Positions 18,664 through 27,531 are shown, counted from the stretch's first letter. The stretch: 38,963 nt of DNA from an uncultured Clostridia bacterium (GCA_964489345.1 CAZAYQ010000001.1:1-38963); one strand, 5' to 3'. Notes: generated from the letters alone by a model not told the origin. Program-made: numbers and translations.

Positions 18664-19755
18664 CTATTTAGCATCTGCTTTTGACAAGCTTTCGCCGCCG
18701 GTTTTCTTTACCAGGCCTTCTGAATTCAAGTATGAAACAAGGCCTAAAAATACAAAGCATATTATAGCTGCAGCTTTTCCGTTCGGAGTAACTCCCGCAG
18801 CACTTGAAGCCAGCCCAAAATTATGAGCTAAAGCAGCCCCGACCAACATACCCATTACAGATATAACAGAGTCAGTATTGCCTTCTCCTGACAGAATTAA
18901 TTGCCTTAGAGGGCATCCGCCCAAGAGTACAGAGCCCCAGCCGACAACAGCCATACCCAGGAAGTTCCACAAGCCGTCAGTATGAGCTATAGGCTGGTCA
19001 GCAAAGCCGAGTTTGAAAAATCCGAAAGCCAGGTTTCCAACAAAAGCGACTGCTAATATTGCAATAAATCCTGAGAAAAGATGCATATCTTTGAAAAGTA
19101 TCATATCACGAGTTCCGCCAACCGTACACATTCTTGTTTTTTGAGCCAATGCCCCCACTATCAAGCCTGCTGCCAATGATATGAATATGGGTGCATACAT
19201 TGAGCCGGGACCTTTCTCCGAGAAGAACAAGAAAGCAGGTGAAGCTGCAAGAAGAACCAATAATCCCACATTCACAGCCGGGAAAATATAACCTTCTGTT
19301 TTGGTAATTTTATAGTTTCTTTTCAGATTGAAACCTTTATTAAGGAATATAACACCAAGATAAATTCCTGCCACGAAACCTGCCAGTCCAAATAAAGCAT
19401 TTAAATCTCCCCCTGCAAGTCTCAATACCATTCGGAGTGGACATCCAAGGAATATCAGTGCCCCAATCATCACAACTATGCCAAGCATGAATCTGGTAAA
19501 AGATGAAGACCCTCCCTTAGTTTGAAATTCTTTGTTTTTTAAAGACAGGAAAAATGCCCCCAATACAAGACCAATAATTTCCGGTCTTATATACTGAACA
19601 ACATCTGCCCTATGTAATCCTATGCCCCCTGCAATATCCCTTATAAAACAAGCTATGCAAAAGCCCATGTTCGCAGGATTGCCAAAATATACAAGCAGTA
19701 CTGATATTAAACCGACTGCCCCACCTGCAATTATAATTCCTTTTTTATCATTCAT
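18664..19755 (-). CDS. yedE: YedE/YeeE family putative selenium transporter
   Basis: GNPANMGFCIACFIRD, LGCPLR, RMCTVGG and GGCPLRQ Cys motifs; multi-TM; adjacent to the selD cluster. Confidence 0.9.
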   Translation of the reverse strand: MNDKKGIIIAGGAVGLISVLLVYFGNPANMGFCIACFIRDIAGGIGLHRADVVQYIRPEIIGLVLGAFFLSLKNKEFQTKGGSSSFTRFMLGIVVMIGALIFLGCPLRMVLRLAGGDLNALFGLAGFVAGIYLGVIFLNKGFNLKRNYKITKTEGYIFPAVNVGLLVLLAASPAFLFFSEKGPGSMYAPIFISLAAGLIVGALAQKTRMCTVGGTRDMILFKDMHLFSGFIAILAVAFVGNLAFGFFKLGFADQPIAHTDGLWNFLGMAVVGWGSVLLGGCPLRQLILSGEGNTDSVISVMGMLVGAALAHNFGLASSAAGVTPNGKAAAIICFVFLGLVSYLNSEGLVKKTGGESLSKADAK

Positions 19756-19792
19756 TGCAAACCTCCTGATTTATTTATTAATTGACATCAAA

Positions 19793-19893
19793 ATTATATT
19801 ATGTAAAAATATTTAAAACAATAGGTATAAAGTTTTTCAATACTTGGGGCTCTAACTATCAACTTTTCTTATCTTATGATAAAAACTGTTGAA
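19793..19893 (-). promoter_or_regulatory. yedE promoter with upstream candidate LysR T-N11-A boxes
   Basis: Minus strand TTGTTT (19821-19816), 17 nt, TATAAT (19798-19793); boxes at 19827-19841, 19858-19872 and 19879-19893. Confidence 0.5.
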
Positions 19894-20040
19894 TTCTAAG
19901 CATCTTTAAAGCTAATCCAACAGGATCACCCGGCCTATAAATAAAAAACATAATTGAATAAATATTTGAACTATGTTAATATATTATTGTAATTGAAATT
20001 CTGACATATAATGCAAATATAAAGCAATGCGAGGTATATT

Positions 20041-21195
20041 ATGAAATATGTTTACTTGGACAATGCTGCCACATCCTTTCCAAAAGCTCCCGGCGTTGGA
20101 GAAAGTATAGCAGATTATATTTTAAATGTAGGAACAAATGTTAATAGAGGGGCTTACGCTTCATCTTATAAAGCTGAAAATACTCTATATGAAAGCCGGG
20201 AACTCCTGTGTGAATTGTTTCGTTTTAATAAGCCCGAAAATATAATTTTCACTAAAAATATAACAGAAAGTTTAAATATTCTATTAAAATGCTTCTTGAA
20301 AGAAAATGATCACCTACTTGTATCATCCATGGAACACAATGCGGTTATGAGGCCTTTAAATTCACTTAAAGGAGTTGAATACACCAGGATTTTATGCGAT
20401 GAAACAGGCAGTTTGCCGCTTGAAGGTATTGAAAAAGAAATAAAGAAAAATACCAGGGCTATTATTATGACTCATGCTTCAAATGTCTGCGGCAGTATTT
20501 TAGATTTGGAAAAAGTGGGACAAATATGCAGGAAACATAATTTATTTTTCATAATAGACAGTGCTCAGACAGCAGGATTTATAGATATTGATTTTGATGG
20601 ACTAAATGCTGATGCCATTGGGTTTACAGGCCACAAAAGCCTGCTGGGCCCTCAGGGAACAGGCGGATTTGTCCTTAATGACAGAATGAACAATGAAATG
20701 ACAACTTTTATAGAAGGCGGCACCGGAAGCCTGTCCGACACCGAAATACAGCCTGAATATATGCCTGATAAGTTTGAATCGGGAACCTTAAACATTCCGG
20801 GTATATATGGATTGAATGCATCATTGAAATATCTTTTAAAACAGGGGATTAAAAATATCCGGGAGAAGGAAATTTTCCTTCTCAGCACATTTTTAGACAG
20901 CCTTTTAAATATTGAAAATATCAGGCTGGTCGGCAAAACAACAAGCCTTGACAGGACGGGCGTACTGTCAATTGATTTCATCTATAGTGACAATGGTCTT
21001 GTTTCACACGAGCTCAGCAAAGAATACGGTATTATGACAAGGAGCGGTATGCACTGTGCACCCTCAGCCCATAAAACACTTGGTACCTTTCCAAAGGGAA
21101 CAGTACGTTTTTCCATAAGCCATTTTACCACTTTAGAAGAAATAGATTATGCTATAGATTGTATAAATAAGATAGCAAAAAAACGACAAGTGTGA
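20041..21195 (+). CDS. Class V PLP aminotransferase, SufS/CsdA-type cysteine desulfurase or selenocysteine lyase
   Basis: YLDNAATS, SMEHNAV, IDSAQ, FTGHKSLLGPQG (PLP Lys) and RSGMHCAP (group II catalytic Cys). Confidence 0.9.
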   Translation: MKYVYLDNAATSFPKAPGVGESIADYILNVGTNVNRGAYASSYKAENTLYESRELLCELFRFNKPENIIFTKNITESLNILLKCFLKENDHLLVSSMEHNAVMRPLNSLKGVEYTRILCDETGSLPLEGIEKEIKKNTRAIIMTHASNVCGSILDLEKVGQICRKHNLFFIIDSAQTAGFIDIDFDGLNADAIGFTGHKSLLGPQGTGGFVLNDRMNNEMTTFIEGGTGSLSDTEIQPEYMPDKFESGTLNIPGIYGLNASLKYLLKQGIKNIREKEIFLLSTFLDSLLNIENIRLVGKTTSLDRTGVLSIDFIYSDNGLVSHELSKEYGIMTRSGMHCAPSAHKTLGTFPKGTVRFSISHFTTLEEIDYAIDCINKIAKKRQV

Positions 21196-21287
21196 TCAGC
21201 TAGATAATTTCGTCCTGCTTTTATATATAAAAAGTGTTGAGACGATAAGGTGACAATGCCCCGTCACCTTGTCATAAGGAGGATTTT

Positions 21288-22187
21288 ATGGAATTTAACC
21301 AATTGGAAAGTTTTATAAGTGTTGTTAAACATAAAAGTTTTTCATTGGCTGCAAAAGAGCTTTATACAACTCAGCCGACCATAAGCAATAATATAAAGAA
21401 TTTAGAAAAGGAGCTTAATACCACTCTTTTGGACAGGAACAGCAAAACAATAAACTTGACTGATTCCGGAAGGCTCTTTTATAAATATGCCGTTGAAATG
21501 ATTAATACAAGAGACAAGGCTAAGTTTACAATATCAGAACATGACTGTAAGGTTGAAGGTGTAATAGAAATATGCGCCAGCTCCATACCTGAAGAATATG
21601 TGCTGCCGTATATAATAAAAGATTTTTCCAAGCTCTACCCTAAGGTTTCATTTTCAGTAAGCCATAGAAATTCAAAAAATGTAATAGATGATATTTTTGG
21701 GGGAAAGCTAAACTACGGCATTGTTGGTGCAAAATACTATTCAGAGCTCCTTGAATACATAGACTTTTATGAAGATGAACTTATATTGTGCCTGCCGGCA
21801 TCCGGTAGATACTCATATTCTGAAAATGAGTATTTGGATATTAAAAGCTTGTTTTCGGAAAAGTTTATTTTCAGAAAACCCGGCTCGGGCACAAGAAGAT
21901 TAATTGAACAGAAACTTTCAGAAAAAGGTATCAGGCTGGATGATTTAAATATTGTTTCTTATATTGACAGCAATGAAATGATTAAAAAAATGATCGAGCT
22001 TGAATTAGGCATAAGCTTTATTTCAAAAATAGCCGTTAAAAACGAACTTGAGCTGAAATTGATTATGGCTTTGTCAATAAAGGACCTGGACCTAAGGCGA
22101 AGCTTCTATTTCGTTCATCATAAAAATAGGACCTTGTCCCCTTTGGTAGAAGCTTTTAAAAATTTTTTAATAAAGTGGAAATATTGA
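21288..22187 (+). CDS. Selenium-metabolism-associated LysR family regulator
   Basis: LysR HTH (SFSLAAKELYTTQPTISNNIKNLE), ASSIPEEY and RKPGSGTR CysL-like substrate domain; directly upstream of selD. Confidence 0.9.
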   Translation: MEFNQLESFISVVKHKSFSLAAKELYTTQPTISNNIKNLEKELNTTLLDRNSKTINLTDSGRLFYKYAVEMINTRDKAKFTISEHDCKVEGVIEICASSIPEEYVLPYIIKDFSKLYPKVSFSVSHRNSKNVIDDIFGGKLNYGIVGAKYYSELLEYIDFYEDELILCLPASGRYSYSENEYLDIKSLFSEKFIFRKPGSGTRRLIEQKLSEKGIRLDDLNIVSYIDSNEMIKKMIELELGISFISKIAVKNELELKLIMALSIKDLDLRRSFYFVHHKNRTLSPLVEAFKNFLIKWKY

Positions 22188-22203
22188 TTGAGGAAGTGGA
22201 AAT

Positions 22204-23244
22204 ATGACGATAAATGATATAAAGTTGACTCAAATGACTCAAAGCTCCGGCTGAGCTGCTAAAATAGGACCTGATGTCCTGGCACAAGTTTTGTGCCATT
22301 TAAACAATGATTATGATGAAAATCTGCTGGTTGGAATGGCTACTTCAGATGATGCCTCCGTTTATAAAATAAACGATGACCTGGCATTAGTGCTGACACT
22401 GGATTTTTTTACGCCCGTAGTTGACGACCCCTATATATACGGTCAAATTGCTGCTGCAAATTCACTCAGTGATATATATGCCATGGGCGGAGAGCCGAAG
22501 CTGGCTCTTAATATAACATGCTTCCCTGAAGACCTTCCCAAGGATATAATAAAAAATATTCTTAAGGGTGGTCATGATAAGGTTAAGGAGGCCGGCGCCA
22601 TGGTCGTCGGAGGTCATACCGTAGAAGACAAGGAGCCGAAATTCGGCTTGTCCGTAACAGGTTTCATACATCCAAAGGATGTGGTGACCAACAGCAATGC
22701 AAAGCCGGGAGATGTTTTAATCCTTACCAAGCCCTTGGGGCTGGGAGTTTTAAATACAGGCATAAAGGCAGGAATAGTAAGCCGGGAGGGTTATAAAGAA
22801 GCCGTCCTTACTATGACTGAATTAAACAAGTTTTCCAGGGATGCAATGATGAAGGTTGGAGTAAACTCCTGTACAGATATAACCGGATTTGGTCTGCTGG
22901 GTCATGCTTTTGAAATGGCCGAAGGAAGCGATGTTACAATAAAGTTTAATGCACAGTCAATTCCAATTATCGAGGAAGCCTTGTCTTTGGCAAGAATGGG
23001 CATCATCCCTGCAGGAGCTTACAGAAATTTTGGATATATTAAAAACCATGTTATAATTTCTGATAAGGTGCCGCAAGAAATAACAGACTGCATTTCCGAC
23101 CCCCAGACTTCCGGAGGACTTTTGATATCAGTAGAAAAAGATAAAGCAGAAATGCTTCTTAATGAACTTAAAAACGCCACCACGCCCTATGCGCAAATTG
23201 GTGAAGTTTTAGAAAAACAGGATTACAGAATAATTGTGGAATAG
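22204..23244 (+). CDS. selD: Selenide, water dikinase (selenophosphate synthetase), Sec-containing; UGA at codon 17
   Basis: ATG 22204 reads MTINDIKLTQMTQSSG-TGA-AAKIGPDVL, in frame with the 22291 ORF. GUAAK is the catalytic motif; DDA, TLDFFTPVVDDP, GGHT, TDITGFGLLGH and DPQTSGGLL also present; 346 aa. Confidence 0.96.
22255..22284 (+). promoter_or_regulatory. Bacterial SECIS-like hairpin of selD
   Basis: AGGAC-CTGAT-GTCCT stem-loop (22266-22280) begins 11 nt after the UGA at 22252-22254, with a G in the loop. Confidence 0.7.
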
Positions 23245-23270
23245 AATTTGTAAAGGTATTTACGCTTAAT

Positions 23271-23301
23271 AAAATCCGTAGAATTACATCTGCGGATTTA
23301 T
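23271..23301. terminator. Bidirectional terminator between selD and the MORN gene
   Basis: aaatccgtaga-attaca-tctgcggattt stem with A/T flanks. Confidence 0.75.
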
Positions 23302-23366
23302 TATATTATAAATTTATTTATCTTTTACATTAATAATAATCTTCCTTTTAAGGTTTTTTATATATA

Positions 23367-24227
23367 CTATTCTGCTGTTTCGATTATTTGCCCTATATCA
23401 TTATTCTCTTGCTTATTATGGACAAAGCTGTCTTTTTCCCACTTCCCCTCATCAAAACTTCCGTCTATATAATAAAAAACCCCTAATCCTTCCTTTTTCC
23501 CGTCTATAAAATCACCAACATACTTATTTCCGTCAGCATAGGTATAAGTTCCCAAACCATCCTTCATACCGTTGACAAATTCGCCTTCATATTTATCTCC
23601 GTTTGCATATAGGGTTACTCCGTGACCATTTATAAAATCATCCTTGAATTCGCCTTCATAAATATATCTGCCGGCTACGGTAAATCTGCCGTATCCATGC
23701 TGGACATTTTCTTTAAACTCACCTTCATAAACATCGCCGTTGGAATATGTATAAATTCCGAATCCGTCCATCATATTGTTTTTCATTTCCCCTTCATACA
23801 CATACATATTGGGTGAAGTAATTTTTCCATGACCCTGCATCACATTTTCCTTAAATTCTCCCTCATAATAATCACCGTTTGAATATGTGTATAAGCCGTA
23901 TCCGTCCATCATTCCGCCTTTTATTTGGCCTTCATAAATATCACCGTTAGGATATACTATCTTCACAGTATTTTCGCGGATTGTCTCTTCTGCTTCTATT
24001 GATTCTCTATCTTTTTCATTGAATTCCTCACTATTAGTATTTTTGCCGGTATTGCTTTCGTCATTGTTTTCTACAGCATTATCAACAGCATTGTACCCTT
24101 CGATCTTTTCATTGCTTTCGTTTTCATTATAATTTATATCTCCGTTTCCATTATTATCTTCATATCTTAAACAAGAAGACACTATTAATAACATGCTGAG
24201 CATAATAAATACAATAATCTTTTTCAT
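23367..24227 (-). CDS. MORN-repeat lipoprotein
   Basis: Lipobox IVSSC, Asn/Glu-rich linker, about seven 23-aa repeats of the form Y.NGD.YEGEF....GxG. Confidence 0.88.
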   Translation of the reverse strand: MKKIIVFIMLSMLLIVSSCLRYEDNNGNGDINYNENESNEKIEGYNAVDNAVENNDESNTGKNTNSEEFNEKDRESIEAEETIRENTVKIVYPNGDIYEGQIKGGMMDGYGLYTYSNGDYYEGEFKENVMQGHGKITSPNMYVYEGEMKNNMMDGFGIYTYSNGDVYEGEFKENVQHGYGRFTVAGRYIYEGEFKDDFINGHGVTLYANGDKYEGEFVNGMKDGLGTYTYADGNKYVGDFIDGKKEGLGVFYYIDGSFDEGKWEKDSFVHNKQENNDIGQIIETAE

Positions 24228-24343
24228 AGCCCGCCTCCAATGCTAACCCCTTATTGTGTTTATTATTACCGGCGAAAGCAAAATTAATAATAGTATTATT
24301 TTTCACATTTGTAAGAACATGTCAATTGAAAATTTCTAATAAG

Positions 24344-24370
24344 CAAAATCAGGGCATGTCCCTGATTTTG
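24344..24370 (-). terminator. Intrinsic terminator after the MFS gene
   Basis: Perfect stem caaaatcaggg-catgt-ccctgattttg. Confidence 0.8.
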
Positions 24371-24400
24371 GCATAAACAACACTATTAAGCTGAACAATC

Positions 24401-25600
24401 CTAAATCTCAGACTTTGCCTTCCCCAATGCCAATAAAGTGAGAAGCATATTAAAAATGCCGAGAATTGTAAATACTATAAGAATCATATTGTTTGATCCT
24501 GTCAGGTCATATGAAAAATTGATTGCAGGTGTTCCAAGGGCAATGCCTGCACCGACTATAGCAGATGCAATTCCTATGATATCACTTAAGTATTCATCCC
24601 CTGCTATGGCTGCAGTAAACAAGGGCAATAAGACTGAAAGAGCACTTAATGAAGTGCCGAATAATGCAGCAAATATCCATGCAATGAATTCACTGTTGAC
24701 AATGAGTAAAAGCACTGCACTGATTACGAAAGATATAAGGCAGATAAAAATAGCAGCTTTAATACCGATTCTGTCATGAACAGCCCCCACTAAAATCTTT
24801 GACAGTGCCATGATAAGCATAACTCCCCCTAAAATTTTGGAAGCAAAAATTTCATCAAAGCCCCTGTCCATTAAATGAGATGGTAAAACATTCAACCATG
24901 GAGCTATTAAAAAAGCCATTAAAAAAATAACGGTGAGACCTAAAATAACTTTTTGTTCTTTTAGCAGCTGTCTTGTTGTTTTTCTTTTAAAAATTACGGT
25001 TTCTTCATTATTTATTTCAACTAATTCGACAGGATTTTCTTTGACCAATAAGGCAATCGGAATTATAAGAACAAATAAAATAATGGAAGCAAGCAGATAG
25101 GATTGCTTAAAGCCGTAAACCGATATGATATAGCCTACTGCAGGACTCATCACGGACCCTCCAAAGCCGCTGCCTGCAGAAATAAACCCTAAAATAGTTC
25201 CTCTGTTTTCGGTGAACCAGCTGTTTATAAGCAGTGAGAACACAATCATATTTGTATAAGCATGTCCTATTCCGAAGGATAATGCTCCTATGTAAAAGTG
25301 TATAAGTTTAGTTGACTTATAATATATAAAAAAAGCCGAGGCACAGGTAAGGGCTCCTAAAACGACTATTTTTTTTATTCCCAAACGCTTGTATATTTTG
25401 ACAAAAAAAAGGTTAGCGAATATACCCACCACTGATACTATGCTGAATATCAATGAAAATTCCGCCCTGGTAAAACCATATCTTTTTGTTACCGGCACCA
25501 CATATAGGCTGCCTGTATTATTAGCAAATCCAACATAGAAAAATGCAATAATAAAGCACATGACTGCCACAACATATCCATGGTAGAATTTCTTATTCAT
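24401..25600 (-). CDS. MFS transporter (MCT/OFA-like)
   Basis: About 12 TM segments; WFTENRGTILGFISAGSGFG and GAVHDRIG motifs. Confidence 0.88.
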   Translation of the reverse strand: MNKKFYHGYVVAVMCFIIAFFYVGFANNTGSLYVVPVTKRYGFTRAEFSLIFSIVSVVGIFANLFFVKIYKRLGIKKIVVLGALTCASAFFIYYKSTKLIHFYIGALSFGIGHAYTNMIVFSLLINSWFTENRGTILGFISAGSGFGGSVMSPAVGYIISVYGFKQSYLLASIILFVLIIPIALLVKENPVELVEINNEETVIFKRKTTRQLLKEQKVILGLTVIFLMAFLIAPWLNVLPSHLMDRGFDEIFASKILGGVMLIMALSKILVGAVHDRIGIKAAIFICLISFVISAVLLLIVNSEFIAWIFAALFGTSLSALSVLLPLFTAAIAGDEYLSDIIGIASAIVGAGIALGTPAINFSYDLTGSNNMILIVFTILGIFNMLLTLLALGKAKSEI

Positions 25601-25657
25601 AAAAAACCCCTCGTAAAAATAATGCTGACTCTTGCTCTAGATTAAAAATTTATAATC

Positions 25658-26359
25658 TTAAAATTCAATGGACTGGTTGTTGATATCAACCAGGTATTTT
25701 CTGCATGAGCCTTGGAATCTGTTTATTACCAGCTCTTCTATATCCCTCATGGCTTCATATAAAGAAGAGCCTTCCTCATATTCAAAACCTACAAGCTGGA
25801 AAAATACATCTTTGCTTTCAAGAGTAAGTTTTCCCAATTCACTTTGTCTCCAAAGCCATTTATAGGTTTGAACTATATTGCCGCTTGTGAATATGAGCTC
25901 ATTTTCTTCCACATCCTCATAATTTTCAGATCCAAAAGGCAGGAAAATATCGCCCTTTCTGCTGTAACGGACTTCCAGGTCCTCATGGATATCTATTAAA
26001 TCATGGCCGCCTAAGGATATCCCTTGTTCTATGGATACCGCATTGCATAAATCCACCAATGCATTTATTACAGGCAGCTGCCCTCCTTTTACTATCCTCT
26101 TAAACATTGCTTCCACTGAAGGAAGGTATTTGTTTGGATTTATACCTGATTTTTTCACAACTTCCCTGTAGAGCTTAACATTGTTCAAGTCGCGAATTTC
26201 ATCCGCCTTTATATTCTGTCTCATTTTATCTTCTGCAATTCTCATTCTTTTTTCGTCTTCAGGCCTTGTATTAGAATTTTTAATATTATTGCCTACTAAT
26301 ATTCCAAATTTTATATCAGGATTTAACTCAAACACTGAACTGTCTATTGAATATTTCAT
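25658..26359 (-). CDS. Stand-alone B3/4 domain protein (PheRS beta editing-domain related)
   Basis: KYLPSVEAM, PVINALVDLCNAVS, GGHD and WLWRQS motifs. Confidence 0.85.
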   Translation of the reverse strand: MKYSIDSSVFELNPDIKFGILVGNNIKNSNTRPEDEKRMRIAEDKMRQNIKADEIRDLNNVKLYREVVKKSGINPNKYLPSVEAMFKRIVKGGQLPVINALVDLCNAVSIEQGISLGGHDLIDIHEDLEVRYSRKGDIFLPFGSENYEDVEENELIFTSGNIVQTYKWLWRQSELGKLTLESKDVFFQLVGFEYEEGSSLYEAMRDIEELVINRFQGSCRKYLVDINNQSIEF

Positions 26360-26439
26360 CTTTTGGTCTCCTTGTTATATTCTTATAGTTTTAACTGTAA
26401 TTCTTTATTGCATAGAGAAATGCTTTAGTAATTGAATTT

Positions 26440-27294
26440 TTAATTTTTTTGAACTTTCGGGACCTTTTTGATAAGTTCTGATTCTAATAATTCCGGCTTG
26501 CTGACATACTTTTCAAAAAGCTTGAAGGACCTGGCATAATATAAGCCGTCACATATTCTCTCATCCATTGTATAACCTATTTCGCAGCACTTTTTAATCA
26601 CCAGCCTGTCATTTTCTACAATTGCAAGTTTAACTGTTTTCCCCAGGGCGGCAAACAATCCCGTGGTTCCAAAGTCATAAAGATGATGATAGATATACTG
26701 TGTGTCTATTGACTTTAGGTAAGTAAAAAACATTGTTGTGTGAAAGGGGCTCGCATCAATGACACTTTTAGGAAGCATGTTGCAGCTGTCTGCTGCTTTT
26801 ATAATTCTAACCAGAACATTCTTCACAAATCCGGGCATTGACATTACTTTTTCAGCAAGCTTGTCGGTTTCATTATCTCCGCCTGTGGATACTGCCTTTG
26901 CTATATCTTTATCTATAATCTCAGCAATTTCAAAAATATTTTCTTTGCCTGTGAATTCAAATTTTACAGTTGTTTCTTCCCCGTCATCCCTTAGCGAGCG
27001 TTTAACAGCCATTGAAACATAAATCTTATTTCTCTGATAAATCTGTCCCTTCATCACAAATCGGTTAAGCTGCGGTCTTTCTGCAATAACCCTTACATAT
27101 GCAGCTATGAAAACATGCATATAAGAAAAATTATAGCCTGATTGTTTTTTTTCTAAAATATATTTGTCTATACTTTCAGCCGAAAACACCTGTTTAGAAA
27201 AATTTTGCGAATCACTTCTTTTTTCCATTACATAAGGAATAATTTTTACAAATGCTTTCAAATCTTTTAGTAAATAGCCGTCACTTCTTTTCAT
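26440..27294 (-). CDS. Stand-alone 2-oxoacid dehydrogenase E2 / CAT-like acyltransferase catalytic domain protein
   Basis: RPQLNRFV, SPFHTTMFFT and TMDERICDG; no lipoyl or E3-binding domain. Confidence 0.75.
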   Translation of the reverse strand: MKRSDGYLLKDLKAFVKIIPYVMEKRSDSQNFSKQVFSAESIDKYILEKKQSGYNFSYMHVFIAAYVRVIAERPQLNRFVMKGQIYQRNKIYVSMAVKRSLRDDGEETTVKFEFTGKENIFEIAEIIDKDIAKAVSTGGDNETDKLAEKVMSMPGFVKNVLVRIIKAADSCNMLPKSVIDASPFHTTMFFTYLKSIDTQYIYHHLYDFGTTGLFAALGKTVKLAIVENDRLVIKKCCEIGYTMDERICDGLYYARSFKLFEKYVSKPELLESELIKKVPKVQKN

Positions 27295-27531
27295 ATATCC
27301 TCCAAGGTCAGTCCACCTTACCCTTCTCGTAAATACAGCTTAATCGAAGAATAACACATATTATATATGTTTTCAATTGTTTTATTTTCTGCATCCTCTC
27401 TTATTTCATATGCCTTCATCGCTTCTTCAATGTCTTTTTTCATTATAATGTTACTAATCTTGTCAAATTCTTGTTTTAATATGTAATAATTTATAGTATA
27501 ATATCTATTAATAACATAAGCGGAGGCAAAA

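Noticed and set aside
21193-21207. TGA stop of the class V aminotransferase as a possible Sec codon
   Set aside because: At the natural C-terminus, with TAA four codons later and no suitably placed hairpin.
22204-22254. selD as a nonsense pseudogene
   Set aside because: The TGA falls exactly on the catalytic Cys/Sec position with a SECIS-like stem, and the rest of the gene is intact.
23430-23955. Periodic DNA repeats considered as a possible CRISPR array
   Set aside because: Degenerate 69-nt coding periodicity from MORN repeats; no identical repeats with unique spacers and no cas genes.
24228-24343. Possible riboswitch upstream of the MORN gene (GGCGAAAGC)
   Set aside because: The motif is on the non-transcribed strand and lacks the remaining c-di-GMP or other aptamer consensus.
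27442-27466. Perfect TTGACA and TATAAT hexamers on the minus strand
   Set aside because: The spacer is only 13 nt, too short for a sigma-A promoter.
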